A stretch of 64,000 bases of DNA from Mobula hypostoma (taxonomy: Eukaryota). Positions 37,330-50,457 of the stretch are shown here, piece by piece. The notes below the pieces were generated by a model. The model was not told the DNA's origin. It saw only the letters and a program-made list of their open reading frames with translations, and made no database searches. The stretch is from positions 7,254,001-7,318,000 of the forward strand of contig NC_086097.1 in assembly GCF_963921235.1 (NCBI RefSeq), read 5' to 3'. A program made the position numbers and the translations under genes. The first letter of the stretch is position 1. Every line of letters starts with the position of its first letter.

Positions 37330-37880
37330 TCCACAACTATTGCCTCTATCCCCACTTATCTGGCTAGGAGTCCTCACTGTGAACTTCCTACCCATCTTCA
37401 GAATTCACTGTTGACGTGGAGCCCATTTTCTGGCCTCTTACCCATTCTAGATCTAATCACCACTAAATGCTGATGTAATGCTTTTTTTTTTGCTTTTCTG
37501 ACCTTTGTCCATCTGAACCCAATGCTCCTTTCACAGAGGATCAACTCCTAAAACGTTGTCTTCAAAATTGACAAGGGCAGTGCTGGTGTCGTTTGGCTAA
37601 TTGACCTCCACCTTGCAGAGCTGGATGTCAGAATGCAGGCATCTCCTTTCATCTCTCTGTGAACCATGACCATAATGTTGCCTGTTAGGCTATTGTCTTC
37701 GAGGCACTCCTTGGCCTAATTTTCTTGGGTGATACTCCTTCCGCGGGCACCTGCCTCATAGTCTCCCAATTATTCATAGTCCACTGCTGCCTCGATCCTA
37801 CTATCCACAAGCAGGACTGTCCTGGTAGTCCCATCGTTTGGCTGTTCGTGTCCCACAAAACGTATTTTGTTCTACTTAGA
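37330..37880 (+). mobile_element. Highly decayed Penelope RT fragment
   Basis: Remnants (I)DKGSAGVVWLIDLHLAE near 37565 and IHKQDCPGSPIV near 37803 match the PLE motifs ADKGG and PKIHK..RPIVS. Confidence 0.7.
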
Positions 37881-39744
37881 ACATAGCACAGTACAACCCC
37901 TTTGGCCCACGATGTTGTGCTGACATTTTAACCTACTTCAAGATAAGTCTAACCCTTCCGTCCTGCACAGCCCTGCAATTTTCTTTCATCCATGTGCCTT
38001 TCTAAGAGATTCCTAAATGTCCCTAATGTGTCTGCCTCTAGCACAGGCTGAGCATTGTTCTCTCCTCCTCTTTTTCATCTCTGCAAATTAACATATGCTT
38101 GATTTCTAATTTTCCCTGGTTCTGTTGAAAGGTCATCAAGCTGAAATATTAACTCAGTCCCATAGGTAAAAATGCTGCTTCACCTATATCCAGCAATTTC
38201 TGTGTTTAGTTTGGATCTGGTAGCTTTAGTGCTGAGGACACACTTCATTTATTGCCTGATCTTCTCCTTTCAGTGGGAAGCTTTGACATCTTACACTTAT
38301 ATTGCAGCAAAGCAGGCAATCTTTATCTCAGAGATAAGAAATCAGGCAAACATGAGAACATCTGCAGATGCTGGAAATGCAAGCAACACACACAAAATGC
38401 TGGTGAACGCAGCAGGCCAGACAGCATCTATAGGAATAAGTACAGTTGACGTTTTGGGCTGATACCCATGGTAAGCTTGATAAGAAATCAATTTCAAATT
38501 GTTCTTTTAACACACATGCCCCACTATTCCACATGGCTGATTTATTATCCCTCGCAACCCCATTCTCTTGCCTTCTCCATGAAACCTTTGACGCCTTGAA
38601 TAATGAAGAACCTATCAACCTCCTTGTTAAATATACCCAATGACCTGGTCTTCACAGCCACCTGTGTCAATGAATTCCACAGATTCACCACTTCTGGTGA
38701 AAAAAATTCCTTCTAATTCTGTTCTAAATGAACACCCCTCTAACTGGACAATGTTCCATCTGGCCCTGGACTCCTCCACTATTGGAAGTGTTAATAAATA
38801 AAGTTTTGAAATACTTAAGTCACATTTATAAATTTTGCATAGAGAATATTGTTATTTATAGATTGATAGTTTGTTAAAAAATTACAACTCATTACATCAC
38901 CTCATCTGGACCACTATCGCCAGAAAGCAGCTTCCATCATCATGGACCCCCATCACCCAAGTCATGCTGCCATCAGGAAGAAGGTACAAGAGCTTCAAGA
39001 CCCACACCACCAGATTCAGAAAGTTTATTACCCCTCAACAATCGCACCCTTGCATAAGAAGGGTTAACTTGACTCAACTTCACTCACCCCAACACTAAAA
39101 TGTTCCAACATCCTACGGATTCACTTTCAAGGACTCTTCATCTCACATTCTTGATACTCATTGCTTATTTATTTACAATTATTATTTTGGTTTTCCTTTG
39201 CTCTTTCATATTTGGATAGCTTGTTGTCTTTTGAATATTGTCTATTTGTCACATCTTAGTTGTGTATGGCTTTTTGTTGATTCTATTTTGTTTCTTTGTA
39301 TTGTGAATGCCTGCAAAAATGAATCTCAGGGGTGTTTATGGTGACATACATGTACTTTAATAAAATTATTTACTACTTATATTTATATACTATCTCAAGA
39401 TTTGTTTTCTTGCTGGGATTTACAGGAAAATAAAGAGGTACATTAGAATTTATAAAAAACTATAAATAAGAACAACTGCCAAATAAGCAATGTCCAATTA
39501 AGACACATTGTGCAAATAATTTAAAAAAGCACATAAAGCTGTAGAGCCCTTGAAAGTGAGTCAGTAGGTTGGGAATCAGTTCAGTGATGGGATTCGTGAA
39601 GTTTTCCAAGCTGACTCAAGAGCTTGATGGAAGCAATGTTCCTGAACTTAGTGGCATGGCTTGTGAAAGCATGCCAGCAGGAACTAATTAAGAATTCAAC
39701 TATCAATGGAAGAATATTGGGAAACCATGGAGAGCTTTCAAACT

Positions 39745-39860
39745 CAAACAACAGGAATTCTGCAGATGCTGGAAATTCAAGCAACACACATAAAAGTTGC
39801 TGGTGAACGCAGCAGGCCAGGCAGCATCTCTAGGAAGAGGTGCAGTCGACGTTTCAGGCT
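39745..39860 (-). mobile_element. Short Penelope 3'-end insertion, 15-bp TSD (1 mismatch)
   Basis: GAGAGCTTTCAAACT at 39730-39744 and GAGAGCTTTCTAACT at 39861-39875; near-identical to 13593-13707. Confidence 0.85.
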
Positions 39861-40202
39861 GAGAGCTTTCTAACTAATTGCATCACCATCTGGTCTGGAG
39901 GGGCCACTGCACAAGATGAGAAAACGCTGCAGAAAGTTGTCAACTCATCCAGTTCCATCATGAACACTAGCCTCCCCAGCATCTGGGATGTCTTGATAAG
40001 GTGGTGCCTCAAAGTCAGCATCCATCATTAAGTAACCCATAAGCTGGGACATGCCTCTTTCTCAGGGAGGAGGTACAGCAGCCTGAATTTTTCAGGAACA
40101 GTTTCTTCCTGAATGGACAATGAACCCACGAACACTATCTCATTGTTTTCTTTTGCTCTCTTTTTGCACTACTTACTTAATTTAATTTTTACATTTACTT
40201 AT

Positions 40203-40503
40203 TGGCCAAGTGGTTAAGGCGTTCGACTAGTGATCTGAAGGTCGTGAGTTCGAGCCCCAGCCGAGGCAACGTGTTGTGTCCTTGACGAAGGCACTTAATC
40301 GCGCAGTGCTCTGCGATGACACTGGTGCCAAGCTGTATGGGTCCTAATGCCCTTCCCTTGGACAACATTGGTGTCATGGAGAGGGGAGACTTGCAGCGTG
40401 GGCAACTGCCAGTCTTCCATACAACCTTGCCCAGGCCTGCGCCCTGGAGAGTGAAGACTTTCCAGGCACAGATCCATGGCCTCGCAAGACTAACGGATGC
40501 CCT
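40203..40503 (+). mobile_element. tRNA-derived SINE (distinct from V-SINE)
   Basis: A box TGGCCAAGTGG, B box GAGTTCGAGCC, central GTGTCCTTGACGAAGGCACTTAA motif; inserted in a Rex-type 3' UTR. Confidence 0.8.
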
Positions 40504-42315
40504 TAAATTGTAATTTATAGTATTTTTATTATTGCATTTGTATTTTTATGAATTGCATTGTTCTGCTGCTGCAAAGCAATAAATTTCATGACATATGCCA
40601 GTGATACTAAACCTGATTCTGACTGGAGAGCTTTACCCAATAAAGATAGCCCATTTCATCATCAGTACTGCTGCAAAATGTGGGCATGGGTTTAATGGGT
40701 AGGAAGAAAACAGTTGATACATTAAGGATAACTCCTATGTGAGGTTCTCATTGAAATGTAATATTCATCCTTTCCACTTTCCACAAACATGGTCTGAACT
40801 GCTGAGTATTTCCAGCATTTTCTGTTTTACTTTTCAACCTTGTTCCAGCCCGGCCAATTCTAAATAGTTGGCCAGGGCTCTGTAGTTCATGTAGAGCTTG
40901 TTGAAAACTTATTTCCTCTGCCAATGTCATCCATCAACTTCCCTTTGATTTTCTTCAGAAAGTTTTGCTTTCAAAAATGGTGCCTTTAAAATAAAGAATT
41001 TTAATTATTGAGAGTGTTATTTGGGTAGTTATCCGGCATTATTAAAATTAGCTTGAACTATGCCTACAGCAGTCTTGGTTAATGGTAGAAATGGTAAGAA
41101 AAGTCTCTGCTGTTATTATATTTCATTGTCTAAATTTCTCTCAGATGAATGTCATCTTGGCGGTCTGACTTGTCAGACTAATCAGCAAATCTTAGGACTA
41201 AGTTCTCATTAGTTCTGGCAGTTAAATCAATGACACCAAAAGAAATAGTTAGCCTCTGATTACTACATATATAACTCAACAGACTCAGCTTAAAAAGTAG
41301 AGCCAAATGTGCTTTATTAAGCTTGGAACTAATGACATTCAATGGTAGTTGTGGACTGGTCCATATGTCATGGAGTATGGCCTTATTGGGAGTGTGGGAT
41401 TAAAATGAATGCTGGAGAAGCCCTTTGATGGAAGAGAAGCATGAAGACATAGATCCAATTCATTTACCCTGTAACGTGCGATAGATCCAGGGACAGGTAC
41501 TTAATAGCATCACCAGCTTCTTTTTATTTAACGCCTTCATAGGAGACAGCTCACCGGTTGCAGAACCAAAACTGACGCTGGCCACATTTCACAGTTCATG
41601 ATGTAAAGCTTAGGAAAGGTGTTATGGGACTTTTTAAAGGAGAAACACATCATCATTACGGACCCCATCACCCAGGACGTGCCCCCTTCCCATTGCTACC
41701 ATCAGGAAGGAGGTACAGGAGCCTGAAGACTCAATGATTCAGGAACAGCTTCTTCCCCTCTGCCATCAAATTTCAGAATAGACATTGAACCTATGTACAC
41801 GACATCACTACTTATTTAATTTAACTTGTATATCTTTCTTACTGTACCTTGCAATTATATTATGTACTGCACTGTACTACTGCCACAAACAACAAGTTTC
41901 GTGGCACTTGCTGTTGAAATTAAACCCAATTCAGATTCTGATTTTGAGAAGGGTGAGAAGGAAAGTATAGGGCAGAAATTTGGGAATTTAGGAGCCTGTC
42001 ATCAGACAACATGGCCAGTTTCAGAAATTAAATTCGGGAGTGAGAGAAGGCCATCAATTAGAAGAGATTGTCTAGTCAGATGGTGATAGGGTGAGAGGGA
42101 GTTAATGTTCAATATGTAACGGCATTTGCGGTACAGTGTAAACGAGAATGGAATAATTGTTACTCGGGTGCAGCACAAACAAAAAAACAATAATTTTAAA
42201 TACACAAGATAGCTTACTGATTGATGATAAAGCATAGATTGATTATATATCCATAAAGTGACTCTAGGCACAGGAGTGTCTGTACGTAAGGTGACTGACA
42301 GGAAATGATAAAGTG

Positions 42316-42476
42316 GTGAGGAGGGGTGAGGGGGAGTGAGGGGGAGTGAGGGGGAGTGAGGGGGAGTGAGGGGGTGAGGGAGGGGTGGGGGGGTGAGGGA
42401 GGGGTGGGGGGGTGAGGGAGGGGTGAGAGGGTGAGGGAGGGGTGAGGGGGGTGAGGAGGAGTGGAGAGTGAGTGGG
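42316..42476 (+). repeat. G-rich low-complexity repeat (GGGGGAGTGA/GGGGTGAGGGA), G-quadruplex-prone
   Basis: Read directly; it lies inside a Rex-type 3' UTR. Confidence 0.85.
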
Positions 42477-43044
42477 GATGTTGATCAGCCTTACTGCTTG
42501 GGGAAAGTAACTGTTTTTTTGAGTCTAATGATCCTGCTGTGGATGCTACATAGCCTCCTTCTCGATGGGAGTGGGACAAACCGGTGCCAGAGATTCGCTG
42601 GTCAGTTTTGATGACCATTGCAGAGCCTCCCTGTGCACCACAGAGCAGTTTCTGTACCATGCAGTGATGCATCTTGCTGGGATGCTCTCTACTGCGCATC
42701 TGCAGAGGTACGTGCGTATTGATGTGGGTTATGTGGACAGTATTGTACAATGGTCAATGTATTCGGCAATGTGGATGAGAACTTTAAAATCTATATGTTA
42801 CTTACATAAAATGTAATAAAAAGCAGCAGGCACAGGGAAGAGAGGTGAGTGGGGTTAGGAGTATTGTAGGACATGGGTAATGGAATATTGAAAGCCTATG
42901 AGTTTTGAAAGAATAGAATGCAGGAGATCAAACGAGAATCTGTTGAAAGTTTAGTGGTACCCAAGGGCTGGATGAGGGTTTCTGCAGTGAGTGAACTAAG
43001 GCTACAACAGAGGATGGTGAGGATGTGATCGTGGGATGAATGTT

Positions 43045-43381
43045 TTTATTTATTTAAAGATACAGTGTAGAACAGGCCCTTCTATACCAATAAGCCGCAC
43101 CGCCCAGCAACCCGCTGATTTAAATAGCTTAATCACAGACCAGGATTATCCACCATGGCACATTATAATGATGAATCACAGGACAATTTACAATAACCAA
43201 TTAACCTACTGATCTGTACATCTTTGGAATGTGGGAGGAAACTGGAGTACCCTGAGGAAAGCCAGGCTTCATGAGGAGAACATACAAACTCCTTACAGAA
43301 TAGCACCAGAATTGAACTCCAAAACCCAGAACACCCCAAGCTGCCATAGTGCCACACTAACTGCTACACCACCCATTGCCC
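43045..43381 (-). mobile_element. V-SINE, full length, with a 35-bp nested insertion
   Basis: Reverse-complement homologue of 771-1047; AATCACAG is duplicated around an insert at about 43139-43173. Confidence 0.8.
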
Positions 43382-43827
43382 AGCGTATGACAATGACCGG
43401 AACTGCTGCCTGAACAATGCCACAGACTTGTGGCCTAAAGCTCAACTAGGAGTTATTCATGGCATCACCTTTGCAGTAATTCTGGTTCAGTTTCTGAAAA
43501 AAACAGCAGGAAGAGGGAAGGGGTCTGTGGCTAGGGAACATATTGTCACAACTGGAGAAAATAAACACTGACTTTCAAGAAGAGCCTTAGCCCAAAGCAC
43601 TGTCTGTTTGTTCATTTCAGTAGATGCTGCCTGACCTGCTGAGTTCCTCCAGCCTCTTGCTTGTGTTGCACCAGACTTAAGGATCAATGCAACTGATAAA
43701 GGACTAGAAATTGCACTGTTCTGAATGATGCTTTAAAATGGTGCTTTCTGTACTATTCTTGCCAGTTCTTTTACAACATTCCCTGCCACTAATATTGGAA
43801 CGTTTGAAAAACTCATAGCAAGGATAG

Positions 43828-44060
43828 CAACACACATCAAAGTTGCTGGTGAACGTAGCAGGCCAGGCAGCATCTCTAGGAAGAGGTACAGTCGACGTTT
43901 CAGGCCAAGACCCTTCGTCAGGAGGGTCTGATGAAGGGTCTTGGCCTGAAACATCGACTGTACCTCTTCCTAGAGATGCTGCCTGGCCTGCTGCGTTCAC
44001 CAGCAACTTTGATGTGTGTTGCTTGAATTTCCAGCATCTGCAGAATTCCTCGTGTTTGCG
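43828..44060 (+). mobile_element. Penelope-derived fold-back mini-element with two back-to-back hammerhead-like cores, 15-bp TSD
   Basis: TSD TCATAGCAAGGATAG at 43813-43827 and 44061-44075; about 94-bp near-perfect inverted arms; CTGA(C/T)GAAGGGTCTTGGCCTGAAAC on both strands. Confidence 0.9.
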
Positions 44061-45049
44061 TCATAGCAAGGATAGGCCTGATAAGAAGGAGCTGTGGGAA
44101 TTGGGCCATAATGTCACAGGCTCTTGGGCCCAATCGTCCATGTCAACCAAGTTATGTAAAAGAGATCGTCCCATGGCCTGCATTGCCCATTGAGGCCATG
44201 CTCTGTTCTCACTACTGCCATCAGGGAGGAGGTAGAGAAGCACTAGGATCCACGCTGTCAGCTTCAGGAACAGTTATTACTCCTCAAACATCATGCTTTT
44301 GAACTAGGGGGCATAACTTCATTCTTTTTTGCTTACCTCAACACTGAACTACTCCCCCAGTCTATGGACTTACTTTAAAGCACTACAACTCATGTTCAAA
44401 AATTCAAAGTATATTTACTATCGCAGTATAGACAGTATGCAGTATACAACCCTGAAATTCATATTCCCCACAGAGTCACAAAACAAAGAACCATCGAACC
44501 AACCCAGTCAAAGGAAAACATCAAACCCCATTCACCCCCTACACAAAAAAAATCATGCAAGTGGCAACAAAAGAAATGAACAGAATACAAAACACAACAT
44601 GTAAAGGCATATTTCAGTTCACATTTTTTTTGCTTAGTTATTTATTATTATCTTGTTTTTTCTCTCTTTTTTGTATTTGTACAGTTAGTTGTCTTTGGCA
44701 TGTTGGTTGTTTGTCTTTGTTGTGTGCAGTTTTTCATTGATTCTGTTCTGTTTCTTTGTATTTACTGTAAATGCACACATATGCTGGAGGACGTCAGCAG
44801 GTCAGGCAACATCTAAGAAAAGTGTAGAGTTGATGTTTCGGGCAAGGGTGACGAAGACTTTCACACAATACTGTATTTGTCAATGTGGAGCAAGTGTGAG
44901 GTTGTAAATCTGGCAGAAGCAAAGGATGTTGAGAAAGGCAACATGGAGCATCATATATGTGTCTAAGACTTTTTCACAGTATGCTATATGTCACCATATA
45001 CTACCATGAGATTCATTTTCTTGCAGGCCAACACTAAAGCCAAGGTGTC

Positions 45050-45418
45050 AGCATGGAGATACGTACATTTCTACCAAAGGAGGTACAAGGTGACCCTTCC
45101 CTCTGCTAGCCTGCAGATCACCTTTGGGCCAGGTGCAGCACCTGCTTAGCTCCCCAATCAGGGTCATGTGAAGCCATGGGAGCAGATGGTGGACGGTCGT
45201 ACGATCAGCTGGTGCAGATGACATGTCCTGGTTATGTGACCACTGACGCCAGAGAGACGAGCGCTGAAGAGTATCGATAATTACTGGGGTCACCCGTCTT
45301 GTAAAAACTCTGCCCACAAGAAAGCAATGGCAAACCACTTCTGCAGAAAACATCGCCAAGAACAAGCATGGTTAGGGATAGACCATGATCACCTATGTCA
45401 CATAATGAGTGAATGAAC
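45050..45418 (+). mobile_element. RTE/BovB-related non-autonomous element, third family
   Basis: GCAATGGCAAACCACTTCTG..GCCAAGAA motif resembling BovB-type UTR sequence. Confidence 0.5.
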
Positions 45419-45805
45419 AGTAAGGCTGCCCTCAACTTTATGATTCTGTTCTGCTCTAATCAACTTTTCTCTGAGCATAATCTCACTGCCCAGTGGTTGC
45501 CATGAAGAAATGGGTTATGTCGACTTGGAACAGAAAGCCAGAACTTCACTAGTAAAGCATCGGCCTCCATGGTACTTAGACAATGAGGATTAATGCAAAA
45601 TCAGAAAAACAGAAAATAATTAAAAAGGGGAGAATGAATAGTGGCTGAATAATTGTGATTAACACTGTTTTCCTTGATTCAAAGTTCAAAGTATAATTAT
45701 TATCAATGTATGTATAAATTATACAACCTTGAAATTCTTCTCCTTACAAGCAGCCACAAAACCAGAAACCCAATGGAACCTAATTTAAAAAGGAAATAAT
45801 CAAAA

Positions 45806-45964
45806 AGAGAGACAGAGAGACAGAGAGACAGAGAGACAGAGAGACAGAGAGACAGAGAGACAGAGAGACAGAGAGACAGAGAGACAGAGAGACAGAGAGA
45901 CAGAGAGACAGAGAGACAGAGAGACAGAGAGACAGAGAGACAGAGAGACAGAGAGACAGAGAGA
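45806..45964 (+). repeat. (GAGACAGA)n octamer microsatellite, about 19-20 units
   Basis: Read directly; it explains the SLSLCLSV pseudo-ORFs. Confidence 0.95.
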
Positions 45965-48519
45965 ACAATAAAAACAAGCAACAGTATTCAGCACAAAAGT
46001 GAGTCCACAGACACAAGGCCCGGAGCAGCCAGAAGAGGCCCATAACCTCAGCCTCAGTTCATCACACAGCAGAACAAATGTTATGGAACTCACAGATAAA
46101 AAGCCTGAAGCAGGCCCACATTCTCAGCCTCAGTGCCACGCAGAGCGGAGTAAATGTTGCAGAGTAACGAGTGGAAGCGGCCTGACTCTTGCCTCTCATC
46201 CCAGCACCCTGTCATTTCAATCCATCTTGCCCGGTGTTTAAGTGTCCCAGAACCAGGTTGTCCCGCATTCTACCACCGGGCCATGTCACACTGATACGCT
46301 CTGGACCTGGATCTTACCACCACGTTTCGGCCTGAACCCAACCTTACATCGATCCACCTTTAGGTGGACGGGCTCTGAAACTCCTCCACTTCACACGCCC
46401 CAACTCTGTTTTGACCATTGTTTGATCTTGCATCATACCCACACGCCACAGCCCTCAAGTCAGCCTCGCCTTCACTCGACTCTTCATTGTTTGTGGTGAT
46501 TGTATTCTACAATTTTCCACAGGAAAAGTGCTATTAATAAATTTCCATGGAAAGTAAATGTTAAATTAATCTTGGCTGAATGTGCAAACTCTAACTTAAA
46601 TGTACTTTTAGTTACTTGTTGATTTTTTTTAAAACAAAACACTTTTATAAGAAGAAACTCTCTGTGCAAAGTAACTGTGTAAAAAAGTAAAAGTTCAAGT
46701 TTAATGGTCAATTCAAACATACCATGAATACAGCCAAACAAAACAGTCTTCCTCCAGGGCCAAGGTGCAAAGCACAGATCCGACAGTCACACACAGCACA
46801 TACGGTATAATTATGATCGCTGACAAACAGGCACACATCAGCAAAAATATATATATAGCCCAGGACACTGAGTATCATGGGCACAGCATTCTTGTCACGC
46901 ACTAGTGCATCCACTGATAAATTCAATCCAACTCCTCTCCCATCAAGCGAATACTAAAAGCTGGAGCTGAGGAATTTGAAGATAACGACAGACATGCAGA
47001 CAAACTGAAGTGGAAAGTAAGTCACGAATCCTTGTATGCTCTGTAGTCTGGCACTCTGCACCCTCAGCCACCTCTCCTCCAGACTCCTGCTGGCCTGAGC
47101 TCCTTTTGGCACTCCATCCTCTTTGCTTACCAATTTGTTTTTTTTTTGGTCTAGATTGTGCTGCGCCAACAAAAAGTGGCAATCAATATAAAAAGTTGGC
47201 AGCGCTAAGTTGGCTGTTTGATCTCAGCACAGAACAACAAATCTACATGGCTGTTATTGCTGTAACACTTCATCTTTGTCAGATCCTCCAGCTTCCCAAT
47301 GACTGCACCCTTTCTACTGTGTATGTGTTACATGCTCTCAGATAATTCAAGCAGAAGTTTTGCAGACCATCAGGAGTGTGTTATTCTTGCTACTATTTGG
47401 ACTTGCTCTCATGACATCTGGAATAGTTCAGGAATGTTCCAGTGCTAAAGATATCCAGTCCTAATGGCATAATTTTTTTTCTCTTAATTCCCCACTCCTT
47501 TAATCCTGACAGTTATAATCATGAGTTGTGAATTATTTGCTCTGGAATATTCCAAACTCCACTATTTAAATTCTAAATCTTGTAAGAATATCTCAAAGTA
47601 CTTGCTCTATAACCTGCAGAAGGATCAACAACTGGAAGGTGTAAGATTCCTACTGTAATGAAAAACAGGATACAGGCTGTTCTTTCCCCCTTAATTAATG
47701 ACCTGCTAACAAAACTGACAGAATGTGTGGCTTTGAAATGTATAAATTTGGAGGATGCAGTTTCACTGGCAGGACATGAATTCAGGAGAAAGACAACCAG
47801 CCCTTCTCCTGTTTATTGTTATAAATACAAATTTAAGCATCTGATCTCATGCTCAGAAAGCATCAAATAATCCAAGTGAGGAATAGCAAGGGAATATCCT
47901 ACCAGCTTTTACATTAAAATATACATTTATACTCTACATAATATCTCCCATGGTTCAATCCCCTCTCCTGTCAGTTTCCTTCCTCTCCAGCCCTTCATTT
48001 TTCCCACCCTGTAGTTTTACCTATTACTTTCTAGCTATCCTTCTTCCCCTTCCCGTTATATTATGTACCATATATATTAAGTATATTTTAAGTAGTATCA
48101 AAAGATGACAATATAAAAATTTCTCCTGTTCCAAGGTAAGGCCACCCTCAGGAGAGGAGTAACCCCTCATATTCCGTCTAGGTAGCGACCAACCTAATGG
48201 TATAAACATTAATTTCTCCTTCTGGTATAAAAAAATCCATTCCCCTTCCGTCTCCTCTATTCCTCACTCTGCCTTCTCACCTGCCTATCACCTCCCTGCA
48301 GATCCTCTTTCTCCTATGGTCCACTCTCCTATCAGATTCCTTCCTCTCTAGCCCTTTACCTTTCTCACCCACCTGGTTTCATTAACTATCTTCAGCTGGC
48401 CTTCTTCACCTCCCCCATCTATTTATTCTGGCACCTTCCCTCTTCCTTTCCAGTCCTGAACAAGAGTATCAGCCCGAAACGCCGAATGTTAATACATTTC
48501 CATAGATGCTGCCTGACCT

Positions 48520-49785
48520 ATGGTCAGGCCACACTTAGATCTCCTCCAGTTTGCCTACCAGCCCCGACTAGGAGTTGAGGATGCCATCGTCAACCTGCTG
48601 AACCGTGTCTACGCCCACCTGGACAAGCCAGTGCGCACTGTGAGGGTCATATTTGTGGACTTCTCCAGTGTGTTCAACACCATCTGCCTTGCTCTGCTGG
48701 AGGAGAAGCTGACAGCGATGAAGGTGGATGCTTTCCTGGTGTCATGGATTCTTGATTACCTGACTGGCAGACCACAGTACGTGAGCTTGCAACACTGTGT
48801 GTCCAACAGAGTGATCAGCAGCACTGGGGCTCCACAGGGGACTGTCTTGTCTCCCTTTCTCTTCACCATTTACACCTCGGACTTCAACTACTGCACAGAG
48901 TCTTGTCATCTTCAGAAGTTTTCTGATGACTCTGCCATAGTTGGATGCATCAGCAAGGGAGATGAGGCTGAGTACAGGGCTACGGTAGGAAACTTTGTCA
49001 CATGGTGTGAGCAGAATTATCTGCAGCTTAATGTGAAAAGTACTAAGGAGCTGGTGGTAAAACTGAGGAGAGCTAAGGTACCGGTGACCCCCGTTTCCAT
49101 CCAGGGGGTCAGTGTGAACATGGTGGAGGATTACAAATACTTGGGGATACGAATTGACAATAAACTGGTCTGGTCAAAGAACACTGAGGCTGTCTACAAG
49201 AAGGGTCAGAGCCGTCTCTGTTTCCTGAGGAGACTGAGGTCCTTTAACATCTGCCGGACAATGCTGAGGATGTCCTACGAGTCTGTGGTGGCCAGTGCTA
49301 TCATGTTTGCTGTTGTGTGCTGGGGCAGCAGGCTGAGGGTGGCAGACACCAAAAGAATCAAAAACTCATTCGTAAGGCCAGTGATGTTGTGGGGATGGAA
49401 CTGGACTCTCTGACGGTGGTGTCTGAAAAGAGGATGCTGTCCAAGTTACATGTCATCTTGGACAATGTCTCCCATCCACTACATAATGTACTGGTTGGGC
49501 ACAGGAGTACATTCAGCCAGAGACTCATTCCACCGAGATGCAACACAGAGCGTCATAGGAAGTCATTCCTGTCTGTGGCCATCAAACTTTACAACTCCTC
49601 CCGTGGAGGGTCAAACGCTCTGAGCCAATAGGCTGGTTCTGGACTTATTTCCTGGCATAATTTACATATTACTATTTAATTACTTATGGTTTTATTACTA
49701 TTTAATTATTTATGGGGCAACTGCAACAAAAACCAATTTCCTCCAGGATCAATAAAGTCTGACTATGTCTATGACTATATGACTA
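48520..49785 (+). mobile_element. Rex1-type LINE, 5'-truncated, young (RT + 3' UTR), inserted in a Penelope pLTR
   Basis: The 297-aa ORF reads LQFAY..FVDFSSVFNTI..GAPQGTVLSPFLF..KFSDD..YKYLG, with one frameshift near 49360 and an AATAAAG + (GACTAT)n tail. The host GATGCTGCCTGACCT|GCTGAG is split. Confidence 0.92.
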
Positions 49786-50457
49786 CCTGCTGAGATCCTC
49801 CAGCAAACTGTGTGTGTTGTGTTGGTATGAAAAGTGAGGTATGCTTACAGAGTGAAAGAGCAGACAAAACCTGTGCAATATTTATATACGATTTCAGTTT
49901 CTACCACACAGGAAACCAAGTGCAGAACAACCGTGAAACATTTTGAGTCACACTTCCGAGCATTTTGCAAGCATGGAAGAGCTACTAATGAAGCAGGTAA
50001 TGCACCAGAAACACCTAGCTGAGTGCTACAATAAACACTGACTTAACGCTTCAGGAAAATGTTCGAATGCCTCATGGGGAAATGTGTACAAATGTGTCTA
50101 GGTTTACTTTCAGCCTGGGATCTCCCTACCCACTGTTTATGACATTTACTGGGAGCAATGTACAAAGGGCCCAAAGCATTTTTGGAGATCCTTGCCACTC
50201 ATACCACAACCTCTTTGACCCACGAGGAGGCACAGGAGCATCTGCATCACTGTTTGGTATGGAGAGGGGTCTACTGTACAAGATCGAAATAAGCTCTAGA
50301 GACTTGTAAACATAGTTTGCTCCACCATGGGCATTAGCCTCCATAGTATCCTGGACATCTTCAAGGTGCAATGCCTCAAAAAGACACTGTCCACCATTAC
50401 GGGCCCCCATCATCCAGGCAATGCCTTGATCTCATTGCTACCATCATGGAGGAGGTA

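Noticed and set aside
40203..40265. tRNA gene
   Set aside because: A and B boxes are present but I see no acceptor stem or T-run terminator, and the sequence continues into a SINE body.
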